This document shows positions 1 through 10,295 of a stretch of 58,520 nt of DNA, in pieces (the stretch's first letter is position 1; every line of letters starts with the position of its first letter). The translations under genes were made by a program, and so were the position numbers. The notes under the pieces are model-generated. The model ran no database searches. It had not been told where the DNA came from and was given only the letters and a program-made list of their open reading frames with translations. Source of the stretch: Chrysochromulina tobinii (lineage: Eukaryota); contig JWZX01003100.1 of assembly GCA_001275005.1 (NCBI GenBank), positions 1-58,520 on the forward strand, in the 5' to 3' direction.

Positions 1-1120
1 GCACTGCCCTCGCGTCAAGGTCTGCAGACACCAGCGAAAACCCGTTGCACCAGTAGCCGGCAGGCGCACGAGGCGACGGCCCACTGCAGAGGACTCGTGA
101 CATGACTCGGGAGCTCTTTTTCGTGTTCTTTCCGGGACTTTTCCTCGGGCAACTTCCCGGATCCTTGCTCGGTTCAAATCAGGTGGTGGGGATAATGTGT
201 GAAATGTATCCAGAAAGAATCAAAGAATATTTCCCCCTAGCCCTTTGGGTCAATCACTGACTTCAAAATCAGGTGTGGCGGAGGGATAGTGTGTGAATCC
301 AGAAAGATGCCTGTATGCCTCCCCTAAGGGCAAAGCGTCAAACACACCGACGCTCCACGCGCGCGCGCGCGCGGCCGCGCGCACGACCAAGCCACCTCAC
401 CACACGGCGGCCGTCTCAAGACGTCAAGAGAGGCCACCGGCAGTCCGGCACAGCAAGTACCGCGACCGGAGCCCGTCGCGGCGCCTCTCTTGCCCTTCCC
501 GCGGCCCAGCTTGCCGCCGCCGACCTTGCCACCGCCGCCCTAGTTGTGGCAGAGGTGCAGGAGGGTAACGAACTAACGATCCGCGCGGAGCGAGCAGGTC
601 ATGAAGACCGCCCACACCGCCGTCGATGTATGTAGAGTGGGCCCACGCGCCGGGAAAGAGAATGCGAGGTGAAAAAGGAGGCAAGGAGGCATGACGGCTC
701 ATCTGAACCCCCCCGCTCACGTGACTGATGCAGAGGCTGATCTTCACAGAGAAGGAAGATCAGCCTACAAGGCAGCCTAGGGCTGCGCGCGCGGCGCGGC
801 GCGCCGAGGACGAGGTGCGCGTGCGGTGCGGGGGCTTCACGTAGGGGCGGACCAACGAACCGCCCCTCCTCCGCGGCGCTCGCCTCGGGGCCTCGCGACA
901 GGGCACAGGGGGGACGAGGAGTTCTAGCCGCCACTCATTTAAATTGAGGATCTGAGGATTGTGCATGAAATCCAGATATTATTCCCTCCCCTACCCGGGT
1001 ACCCGCGCTGGCGCCGCGCTACCCGCCCCGCCCGGCGGCCCCGCTCGGCTTCGCCGCACCACGGCCCCGCCCCGGTTCTGGGTAAAACGGTAAAATCGCG
1101 CCGCGATGGTGCATGGTCGC

Positions 1121-1167
1121 CCGGTTACATGTAGGTACGGTCCGGTTACATGTAGGTACGGTCCGGT
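1121..1167. repeat. 21-bp tandem repeat CCGGTTACATGTAGGTACGGT x2 plus partial copy
   Basis: Exact copies at 1121-1141 and 1142-1162, then CCGGT. Confidence 0.9.
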
Positions 1168-1269
1168 GAGACAAAAGACAAAATTTCTAAAGCTCGTCGA
1201 CACCGTCAGTCGCGACGTGTAATTGCAGTAATAGTACGCGGCGGACGATGTCAAAGCGTTTTTACCGTG

Positions 1270-2325
1270 TCACTCCGTGCACCACCTCTGGTTTTGCCAC
1301 TTGCCCTGCTCCGGATCGTATGCCTCCTCGAGGATGTCGTAGTCGTCGCCGCCGCTTCGGCCGGCGGAGTTGGCGTATAGGCTACTCTCCACAAAGTGAT
1401 GATCGATGCGCCGCGCCTTGACACGCACGAAACCGACGAGGATGTAGCGCCGTCCACGTGTCACAAGCGCGCCCTCGTGCAGCAGCTTGCCACAGTGCGT
1501 CGTCAGGTCTCCGCAGCGTGGGGGCTTGATGGCAGCCCGCCCGACGCCCTGGCAGCTTGCACACAGGCGCGACGCAGCGTCGGCAAATGCAGACTGATAG
1601 GCCGCCGCGGCCGGCGACACCTCAGCATGGCCGGCGGCATCGCCGGCGCTCTTGGATCCGGGGGCGTCGGCGGCAGCGGCGGCGGCCCGGCACGCTGCGC
1701 ATGTCGTGCCTCGGCATACCGGGCTGCCGCACGCGACGCATGACGGCCCGAGCGAGTGAAAGCGCAGCCCGCCGCCCTCAAAGTCGGATGGCTCAGAAAG
1801 GAGGATGGAGAAGCTGAGAAGGCTCCCGTCGCGATGGAACGCCAATCTGTCCTGCTGCGCCACATCTGCGTCAGGCGAGCCGAGTTTGGCTTCGTATTTG
1901 ACCAGGAACATGTCGGCCATAGATAGCTCGGTTACGTCAAAATGTCCGTACAAAGCGGCGATCGTCGGGAGCACAATGCTGTCGATCACGTGCGGTTGAA
2001 GTGCATCGTAGATGCTCGGCGCGTTCTCTTTGGTGACGGCAATATCAGTAGTTGGAAAATGTTTGTGACGGCCTGTGGCCCAGCCACGCGTGCGGCCGTG
2101 AGCCTCAGCTAGGCTCACAAGGTGTTGGCACGTCGCTGCATCAAGCAGGTGGAAGAGGTGGACGCCCCAAAGCGGCGAGCGCTTGTGGCCCTTTTGATCC
2201 GGCAGCCAAAGTGAGGTATGCGGCGTGAGCGGAGGGGTGGGTAATTGTGCAGGCGGTGGCGGTAGTGGTGGCGGTGGCGGTGACGGGTCGTCGGTCGTCG
2301 CGTCCATCGCCTCGGCCTTCCGCAT
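1270..2325 (-). CDS. 2OG-Fe(II) dioxygenase (prolyl/lysyl hydroxylase-like) with Cys-rich insert
   Basis: Motifs FLVKY...LAFHRDGS (HxD), FEGGG and LHEG...GRRYILVGF (distal His, 2OG-binding Arg). First in-frame ATG at 2325, alternative 2307. Confidence 0.8.
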   Translation of the reverse strand: MRKAEAMDATTDDPSPPPPPLPPPPAQLPTPPLTPHTSLWLPDQKGHKRSPLWGVHLFHLLDAATCQHLVSLAEAHGRTRGWATGRHKHFPTTDIAVTKENAPSIYDALQPHVIDSIVLPTIAALYGHFDVTELSMADMFLVKYEAKLGSPDADVAQQDRLAFHRDGSLLSFSILLSEPSDFEGGGLRFHSLGPSCVACGSPVCRGTTCAACRAAAAAADAPGSKSAGDAAGHAEVSPAAAAYQSAFADAASRLCASCQGVGRAAIKPPRCGDLTTHCGKLLHEGALVTRGRRYILVGFVRVKARRIDHHFVESSLYANSAGRSGGDDYDILEEAYDPEQGKWQNQRWCTE

Positions 2326-2410
2326 TTGACACAAGGAGGTGCCCTAGACGACGCGATACGCCAGACAGCCAGTTTCGTCGCGTCCCCTGGTGCTCGCTGC
2401 CCTATACTAC

Positions 2411-2597
2411 CGGGCGGGATTGTGATAGGCAATCGGGTGGGGTGGGTGAGGGGGGAGTGGGGTTGGGGTTGGGGTTGTGTCAACCGTCGTCGTCCTGCCG
2501 CAGCCTCTACGCAGGGCCCGCCGTCTCTACGGTCCTTGCGTGGGACGTAGCGCTTCTTTCAATCATGTCGATCATCCGCGGGCCGATCTTTATTTCC
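2411..2597. repeat. Dispersed repeat copy 1 (related to 49168-49359)
   Basis: Shared blocks CGGGCGGGATTGTGATAG(G/A)C(A/G)ATC(G/A)GGTGGGGTG and ATCATGTCGA(T/G)CATCC(G/A)CGGGCCGATCTTT(A/T)TTTCC in the same order and similar spacing. Confidence 0.8.
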
Positions 2598-3736
2598 GCC
2601 GTCAACCTGCCCGACGCGATTTCGCATCGGCTAGGAGCAGTATCTTTTGCTTGCGCGGTCCTGTTCTGTGGCCGGTCTCGTCACCTCATCGGCCTCCAAG
2701 CTCGTCGTCTTACATGTATTCACGCCAAAACGGCGCCGCTCAGCGCCATTGTCGTCTCATCCAGCACCTCCAGGACCTGGCGCGTGATTTCGTTCGGTGC
2801 GGCTCGGCTCCAAATTAGGTTCCGCCAAAACTTTCGGAACTTTCGGCAAAACTGCCGGCTCTACATTTCCCATTTTCGGGTATACATGTAGGAATGCGAC
2901 CAGGACGTCATAAGGACGTCACCGACCGGCAAATCAGCATCAAAGTGACAGAGGTCGTCTCTTGTCAGCCCCCGTCTGCTCATGAGCGACGAGGATACCG
3001 ACCTCGTTCTCGACGACCTCATGGGTGAGGTCTGAGGTGCAGGTGGTGATATCTGAGTCCACGTTTCCCGCCGCTCCTCTGGTCAGGCCTCCAGCGATGT
3101 TACCTCCCGTGTTGGCTGCTTGGGCCTTGGCTCATACTACTATTGAGCAGACCGCCGAGTCAATGATCACGGCGGCGAGCCCGAGCGACATCGTACGCGT
3201 GAGCACTACGTGAGCACAACGGTCGCCACTACATGAATAACTACATCGTCGCGCCACGCACGCACGCCATGTGACGCGGGAAATATTCATGGCCGGTGAT
3301 CGACCCGATGTCGGCGAGGTAAGAGGGGCTACATGCACCCCCGAAATTGTGACGCAGCAGTGGAGCTGCTGTGAGTTGGTCATATGACCATGGGCCATAC
3401 TGGCCGCAGCACTTGATGTTTTGCACCTGCGCAACATGCCAAGGCGTGTGCTAGTACTGCCTATGAGCTGTGTCATGAGTCTGGCCATGTGTGTCCGTAG
3501 AGTATCTAGCCTTCTAGGAATTCCTTCTTTGTTGTCAAGGGAGGCGAGATACTGCGCTGCGAAACTGCGTCCGGTCATCAGAATTCTTGCATCTCCTCTT
3601 GGAGCTGTCTGGCTCGGATTATGTGCGTCAACTTGGCATGCAACTTGGCCCGGGCGCGGTCGCGCTAGGTCCCCAGGGCCATCTTGGTTCTTGCAAGTGG
3701 CGCCGGCCCTCTTACCGGCCCTCCCACAAAGTCCGC

Positions 3737-3797
3737 GTAAACGTTAACACGACAGACGCGACAATCGAACCGGTGCTACGGCACTGTTACTGCCCGC
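3737..3797 (-). repeat. ~60-bp dispersed element copy A
   Basis: Reverse complement GCGGGCAGTAACAGTGCCGTAGCACCGGTTCGATTGTCGCGTCTGTCGTGTTAACGTTTAC matches 25585-25640 and 44938-44982. Confidence 0.9.
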
Positions 3798-3940
3798 TCA
3801 GAATACTCCGCGTGCTTCCGTAACTTAGGTTTCCGCATTTCCGGTCTCCCTGCTGACCGAACGCTGACCGACATGGACCGAACGCGACCGAACTGACCGA
3901 ACGCAGTTTCGCAGCCTTTACCATATTGAACTAATTCGTA

Positions 3941-5610
3941 TCATGGCTCGTTAATCAACGAGACGATACTGAAGTCGGTCTCCTTGGTTGCGGACGCGGG
4001 CTGATCGGGCCGCGGAACTACCGTCAGCCGAACGAGGGCCTCGTCGGTCTGCACGTCAGCGCCAAACTCAGCGATGATGGCACGATGATAAAATCCTTGC
4101 CCCGTTGGGCAATGATCCGCCGGAGTGCAGCGCCCGTCGATGTAGCTCGTGACGGAGACGCGACGAGACGACGGGACGGCAGGAGCGCCAGGCTGCGCCG
4201 GCCATCCCTGTAACGTCTCTCCTGTAACGGCCATCCTTGTAACGCCAGGCTGCGCCGGCCGGGGCATCCATGTAACGTCTGCTTGGAGTAAGCCCAGTGG
4301 TAGCATGTCGTGCTTGTAATACTCAAGGTGAAGCCAAGGCGAGATCACAGGCACGGCGAACGACAAGAAGGCGCCAATGGAGGACGCTTGCAGCCACTGC
4401 TTCTTGCCGCCAGCACCGCCGGTCTTGAGCTGCCAGCCCGTGTTGGCCAAGAGCGACACATTTACGTTCAACCTATTGGACGACCCGAGGGAAGACCCAG
4501 CTTGGGAAGACCCGCGGGACGCCGAACAGACGCTGCGAGCCAGCACCACGACGGACGCAAGGGTCTCCTTGAGGGTCTCGGGCGCTCCGCATGACCATGA
4601 GTGGATGTGCTGGGCTGGTGTGCTTCTTGAGCCGGAGGAAGCGGGGACAACGCCATGGAGGCCGACGGCCGAGCCGCGAGACGTGGCGCGAGACGCGTGT
4701 AATACGCGCCGCTCACGAGCTCGGCAGCTGCCGTCCCTTGAAGTTCGCAATAGCCCGGGGCTGGGTGGAGGGGGTCGGCTAATTTGGACTTTGGGTTGTA
4801 TGGGAACATGCGGAGGACCAGACTCTTGAACTCGTGTGAGAAGCTCAGGGCTCTCTTGCCGCCGGCCGCTGTGCTGCTGTGATTCAGTTTGGTGCATGCA
4901 TCCAGATGGGCTGGAAGCTGAGCCCGCAACAGTGCGCACGAATCGACGAAGCTGATGTTCGTCGCCTGCACGAGTGCTGCGTCTTCTCGCTCGCACCGGG
5001 CCTGCCACTCAGCGTGCTTGACCGCCTTGTCGACCCCGGCTACCGAGGAACGCAGCGATGTATGATGTTTGTCGAGTTGAAACCACAGAGCGTCGTCAAG
5101 CTCGGCGCGGCCACTTGGTACGCGCCCGTTGCTCAGGCTCACCTCCAGCTGCACCAGCCCGCAGTGCTTGATGACGACGACAAGTGCGCGCTGGCCGAGT
5201 TGCAGCAGGTTCTCAAGCAGCTGCCGACCTCCTTGGCTACTCGCGAGCTCAGCGTAGTGCACAAGGATGATGTCTGCAGCTTGCCAGTGGCTGCGCCCAC
5301 ACGAGAGTTCGTGGCTCGCTCCAAAGCCCCCCGCCACGTTGTCGAGATCAACGGTGAAGCGAAGCCATGGAAAACAGCTCTGCAGTCGCCGCGCGAAGGC
5401 GTGGCTTGTCATCGCGTTGTTCCATCTTGCCACGGAATTGCCTAGTGCGAGGACACGTTGCACTGAACCTGATGGCAGAGAGGGTAATCGTGCAACGTAC
5501 GCATCAAGGCCGCGACCGGGCGCATAGACCGGAGAGCCACAGAGGTGGGACGGGAACTTCGACGAGCACTTCGTCCCTGATGTAAACTGGGGATGCTCTC
5601 CGCGGCTCAT
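3941..5610 (-). CDS. Hypothetical SGNH/GDSL-hydrolase-like protein, apparently split by a frameshift near 4610-4650; start uncertain
   Basis: ORF 4468-5610 has VLALGNSV (block I-like) and DPLHP (block V DxxH). Protein-like sequence continues in the overlapping frame ending at 3941. Confidence 0.5.
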
Positions 5611-6426
5611 CTCGTCGCAAGCCTTTTGTGGTGCCCTGCGACGTGCTTCTCGCCCTGCCCTTGGGCGCTGGGATCAACATGCTGGGAATTAGCATGCAAT
5701 TGCGAAACGTTGTGAGGTCTTGTTCGTCGAAGATTTGGGGGGACAACTCCGCTCCTCCGAGCTCCGGTTCCAAACTGATCCTATACTTTACCACTTTTGA
5801 ATGTGTACCATTTCCAAGTCGCCCGCAAGTGACAACATTTAGGCATCTAGGAGGGGCAATTTTTGCCCATTGAAAGTGCGGTGCGCCGGCGGGAGCGCGT
5901 GGGGGGGCGTCCGAGCGACGCGCGTCATTGTGGTATACCGCGTGTTGAACGGAAGAAGCGGAGTATGAGTTGAAAACGGTGTGGACACATCCAAAAATCT
6001 AATGATTTGAGATTTCAAGCCTTCGCTTGTAATATTGCGAAGTGGCTCAGTTTTCCTTTAGTTTTCGCCTTTTCCTTTTCGTTTCGAAACGGAGAACGAG
6101 GTCGAGGAGTACACTCACTCCGTAGAGTACACGATTATTGGGCGGAGGGGGAGTCGTGTTCGCGTGGACGCCGCGTCCCGCGTAACCCCCCGTATGAATC
6201 GGCGCGGCGTATGCGCTTTCTTACACCCTCGCCTACAAGAACGTTAATAGCTCACCCACGAGCGTGGCCGATACTAAGGCGAGGGGTCGATACCTCGATT
6301 CTGCCATTCTCGCTGCAAACACGGAATAGTGCTTCTTCTTCGTCCGTTCTTCCTTCACTCACGGCATGACTGTACGCGTCTCCGTTTCGTCCCTATCTCT
6401 CGCCCACACACCTCACGCCTCGCACC

Positions 6427-9400
6427 TTACGTATCAGGAGCCACCCAACGCATGATCAATCGTACGCGGCTGTGCCGATTGGAGCGCAGGCGATGCAGAC
6501 CGCGCGTCCGGCTCACAACCTGCACCGGCGCCGTCCACCTCCTCTCCGTGCCTCCAAGCGTAGCGTCGCTCGCAGCCTGAGCGGCCCTGAGCCAGAGCGT
6601 AGCGTCGCCAGCAGCTTTAGCAGCGTTCAACCGTGCCCTGTCCACGTACTCGGCGTACTCGACCTGTGCGAGCACACCGCGCGGCGCCTCTTCGTGGACC
6701 ACCAGATGGACTGCACCAGTCACAGTGGCGGCGAGCGCCTGCATGTGCTTGTGCACGAAGGCAAAGAGAGCCCCGTCGAGCCGCTCGAGTTGCGGCAGCA
6801 GCGGGCCGAGCAGTAGGGAGGGCCTCTCTCGAAGGATGGAGCACAGGTGCATCGCCTGTGCATCGGAGCGTAACCGTTCGAGCGAAGAGGCCGCGCCGAG
6901 CTCCTCGACGTCGAGCATGATCGCTCGGAGCATGAGGCCGACCTCGCCACCGTCGCGAGTCGCCTTGACTTCGTGCCGCATGCGTTGAACGGCCCGCAGA
7001 AGCTCGTGCACCCGAGGCGTGTACAGCTTCGTAGGATCCGCCGCAGTGAGCTTGTCGACCTCCTTGCGCTCGGCGGCGGACACCATCGAGCGCAGGACCT
7101 CCTCAGCTTCAACTGGTGCTGCCTCTCCTACATCGGACGTGCTTCTTGCCACCGCACCGGCCTTGACGTCAACATCCGCCTCCGCCTGTGGCTCCAACTT
7201 AGGCGTTGCCACCGTCATCGGCTTCCTGAGAGGGGGCACTTGCATGCCGCCATCGGCAAGCACCGCCTCGATGCGAGAAACGAGCTCCGCGTCTGCCTCG
7301 TTGTCCTCTGCGCTTCCGTCGTTCAAAGCGGAGGCCGTGGTTGTCATCTCATACGCCTCCTTCTCTGAGGAAGGAGCCGCTGGCGCCTGCGGCTCGGTCT
7401 CAGCGTCCCGCTCCACATTAAACCGAGCCTCGGCCTCCGCTTTGAACATCACAACCTCTGCCTCTGTCGCTAGCTCGGTCTCGGCGGTCTCAGCCTCCGA
7501 CACGCCATCCGCCCGAGACTCCAACTCGACTTCGTCCACCTCCGCCTCCGCCTGGGCGCCAAAGACCATCGCATTGGAAGTAGCGATCGTCTCCTCAAAG
7601 CCCGCCTGCGCATTAGCAGCCGCCTGCGCATCAGCGGCCGCCTGAGCCTCAACGGCTGCCTCGGACGGTGGGCCTTCTTGCAGCTGCAACTCCTCGCACA
7701 CGCTAGAGACGAGAGGGGCAACAGCATCAGTGTCAGCTGACGAGTGTTGCTCGACCGTCTCCGCCCCAGGCGCAGCCGCCGTCCCATCCATAGGGGTGAT
7801 GTCAAAGCCACCCTCACCGAGCACTTCCAACAGCCGTGTCGCCAGCTTCGCGTCCGACGGCTCTTTCTCCACCTCCTCAATCGCCGTCTCCGCCACCTCG
7901 ACCTGCGTACCACCCGCAGCTTGCTGCATCTCCGGCGTATTGATCGAAGTGGGACCAAAGACGAGGACGTGGCACTGCCGGATCGTGGCCTCGTTGGTAG
8001 CGGCAGCCTCGATGCCCAGCACCCCACTCACAAGCTCGGCAGCGTCGCCCGCCTGAGGGAGGCCAAGCTCACGGCAAAGGTCTGCCGCCATCTCGGCCAC
8101 CTCCGGCGCCATCTCGGCCACCACCGGCGCCATCTCGGCCGCCACCGGCGCCATCTCGGCCACCTCCCGCGCCATCTCGGCCACCACCGGCGCCATCTCG
8201 GCCACCTCCGGCGCCATCTCGGCCGCCTCCGGCGCCATCTCGGCCGCCATCTCGGCGAACCCCCGAGCCCGGGCAGCGGCCTCGGCACTCGTGTGAGAAG
8301 AGCCGCGCACCTCGAGCTGGCTCAGCGTGCTCTCGACGGCGCTTAAAATGCCCTCGATGCCCTTCTCTGCGCGGGCCTCTGTGTGAGCTTCGATTGTCCG
8401 TGCCGTCACCACCATCGGTGGCTCATGGCTCGCCAGCCAAGCCGCCTTCGCCGCAGCCTCGTCCACGAGAGGGGGCACTTGCATGCCACCATCGGCGAGC
8501 ACCGCCTCAATACGAGAAGCGAGCTCCTCCTCCTCTTCCTCCTTAGCAAGCACCGCCTCAATGCGAGAAGCGAGCTCCTCCTCCTCTTCCTCAGCAAGCA
8601 CCGCCTCAATGCGAGATGCGAGCTCCTCCTCCTCTTCCTCGTTAGCAAGCACCGCTTCAATGCGAGAAGCGAGCTCCGCCGCATCCTCCTCGGCGATGAG
8701 CGCCGCTGCCGCCGCCTCGATGCGGGCTGCCAACTCCGCCTCCTCCTCGGCGAGCCTTCGAGCCTTCTCCATGGCGAGTTCGATCGCTACCTCCGCCTCC
8801 TGCAGGGCGTGCAGGATCACCTCCGCCTGGGCCTTCTCCTCGGCAATCGTCGACTCCGCCTGGGCCTTCTCCTTGGCGATCTGGATCGCCCGTGGAGTCA
8901 CCACCATCGATGGCTCATGGCTCGCGAGCCAGGCCGCCTTGGCAGCCTGCGCCCGAGCCACTACAATGCCATGAGCTCTGGCCGCCTCTTCCTCTTCTGC
9001 CCGCGCCTTCGCCGCCTCGATGACACTGGCCTTGGCCTCCTCCTGCTCTGCTAGCCTCGCCAGCCAGCGGGCGCGGGCGTCGGCGCTTGCGGCCGGGTCG
9101 GCGCTCGTCACGCCGCTCGGCAACTCGTGGCGCGGTGCCTGTTGCGCCCCCCGAGACGCCCGGAACGGCGCCTGCGGCGCCCCGAGCCGCACCCACGCCG
9201 ACGTTGCCGCCGGCGGCGGTGCTGACATCGGTTGCGCAGGCGGCGACCAGGCAGCCGGCGTCGATGCAAGCTCTTCCGCCGTGTGCTCCTGGGCTCTAGC
9301 AAGGCTATCGGTCAGCTGGGTCGGCAGGGCAGGCACCGATATGGACTCTATGGTAGCGGCGGCGAACTCTTCGTATGCTGCTTGCAGCTTGGCACGTCTT

Positions 9401-10044
9401 GCTATGGCGACGGCCCCATCGCGTTGCATGCGGGCGATTTTCAACTTGCGCATCGCCGCGTACAAGGCGGTGGTTGCCTGGTAGGCTGCCTGGACCTTCT
9501 CGCGACGTGACGTCGCCATTTCGCCGTCGCGCCGGAGGACCTCGAGGCGGCGCTCCCGCGCACTCGTCTCATGAAGTGGTGTTAGCGGGTCCGATGTGGC
9601 ACATGCTGCCATAATTGCTGTCTCATCCTCCTCGTACGCTTCTTGCTGTTCTGCGAGGCCACAATCGCCCAGCAGGGTCGGTTGTGGCAAGAGAGCCGTA
9701 ATCACGAGATCTCCCACCGCTCCAGCGAGTGTTGCAAGTTTATCGACGAGTGGCTGTGGTGGTGGTACCGGGGTCACATTTGGCCCGATGCCACGGTCAG
9801 TATTGGCTCGGCGATGCCGCGGTGAAAGCTGCTCAAGGTGCATTGTCTCGGAAAGGCGTCCGAAGGGCTTCGGAAACTCTTCCATGTAAATGGGCATGGC
9901 GTCGGACTTGGATGCCTTTGCCGACCCCGGAAACATTGGTGTGCCCGGAGCGAAGGCGGATGTCGCCGGCGCGCAGCTGAGGATCACGGCGAGCAGTGGA
10001 AGGCACGGAAGGCGCCGAGAGCGCTTGATGGCGTTTCCCTCCAT
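6427..10044 (-). CDS. Large Ala/Glu-rich repeat protein with signal peptide and ASAFAP-like motif (possibly plastid-targeted)
   Basis: 1205-aa ATG ORF. Hydrophobic LPLLAVILSCAPATSA followed by FAP. Internal repeats EEEEELASRIEAVLA, AEMAP(E/V)V and AKAAWLASHEP. Confidence 0.7.
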   Translation of the reverse strand: MEGNAIKRSRRLPCLPLLAVILSCAPATSAFAPGTPMFPGSAKASKSDAMPIYMEEFPKPFGRLSETMHLEQLSPRHRRANTDRGIGPNVTPVPPPQPLVDKLATLAGAVGDLVITALLPQPTLLGDCGLAEQQEAYEEDETAIMAACATSDPLTPLHETSARERRLEVLRRDGEMATSRREKVQAAYQATTALYAAMRKLKIARMQRDGAVAIARRAKLQAAYEEFAAATIESISVPALPTQLTDSLARAQEHTAEELASTPAAWSPPAQPMSAPPPAATSAWVRLGAPQAPFRASRGAQQAPRHELPSGVTSADPAASADARARWLARLAEQEEAKASVIEAAKARAEEEEAARAHGIVVARAQAAKAAWLASHEPSMVVTPRAIQIAKEKAQAESTIAEEKAQAEVILHALQEAEVAIELAMEKARRLAEEEAELAARIEAAAAALIAEEDAAELASRIEAVLANEEEEEELASRIEAVLAEEEEEELASRIEAVLAKEEEEEELASRIEAVLADGGMQVPPLVDEAAAKAAWLASHEPPMVVTARTIEAHTEARAEKGIEGILSAVESTLSQLEVRGSSHTSAEAAARARGFAEMAAEMAPEAAEMAPEVAEMAPVVAEMAREVAEMAPVAAEMAPVVAEMAPEVAEMAADLCRELGLPQAGDAAELVSGVLGIEAAATNEATIRQCHVLVFGPTSINTPEMQQAAGGTQVEVAETAIEEVEKEPSDAKLATRLLEVLGEGGFDITPMDGTAAAPGAETVEQHSSADTDAVAPLVSSVCEELQLQEGPPSEAAVEAQAAADAQAAANAQAGFEETIATSNAMVFGAQAEAEVDEVELESRADGVSEAETAETELATEAEVVMFKAEAEARFNVERDAETEPQAPAAPSSEKEAYEMTTTASALNDGSAEDNEADAELVSRIEAVLADGGMQVPPLRKPMTVATPKLEPQAEADVDVKAGAVARSTSDVGEAAPVEAEEVLRSMVSAAERKEVDKLTAADPTKLYTPRVHELLRAVQRMRHEVKATRDGGEVGLMLRAIMLDVEELGAASSLERLRSDAQAMHLCSILRERPSLLLGPLLPQLERLDGALFAFVHKHMQALAATVTGAVHLVVHEEAPRGVLAQVEYAEYVDRARLNAAKAAGDATLWLRAAQAASDATLGGTERRWTAPVQVVSRTRGLHRLRSNRHSRVRLIMRWVAPDT
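8086..8256 (-). repeat. 21-bp coding minisatellite, about 8 units of AEMAP(E/V)V
   Basis: Repeated GCCATCTCGGCC(A/G)CC unit on the + strand with 21-bp period. Confidence 0.9.
8500..8690 (-). repeat. 45-48-bp coding tandem repeat (EEEEELASRIEAVLA) x4
   Basis: Repeated AGCACCGCCTCAATGCGAGAAGCGAGCTCCTCCTCC-type units. A dispersed copy (ELVSRIEAVLADGGMQVPPL) lies at about 7229-7290. Confidence 0.85.
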
Positions 10045-10295
10045 GGCACAATCACCACGCGGTGCTCACCGGTTTGGGGCTTGCTGCTCTTGATGAATGA
10101 ACGCATTTTCCCCACAAAACTACAAGCAGTCTTGTTTGCGGTGGAGTCTGACATCGTTCGCCGACCTTTTGGAATCATAACCCACATACCTTCATGTAAG
10201 ACCTTTTCGGTGTGTAGGAAAAGAAATCCTATGCTCCGCGGCGATCCTGGCACGGCGACGCCGAGAGAGAGAGGCTCTTCTGCCTCCTTGGAATT

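Noticed and set aside
293..966. Short ORFs at the window start
   Set aside because: GC-rich chance ORFs with no motif.
3025..3720. Overlapping short ORFs suggesting a pseudogene
   Set aside because: Multiple stops and no identifiable family; mentioned only as context for element copy A.
8086..8256. Regular repeat array resembling CRISPR
   Set aside because: It is a 21-bp in-frame coding minisatellite with no unique spacers, no cas genes and a eukaryotic context.
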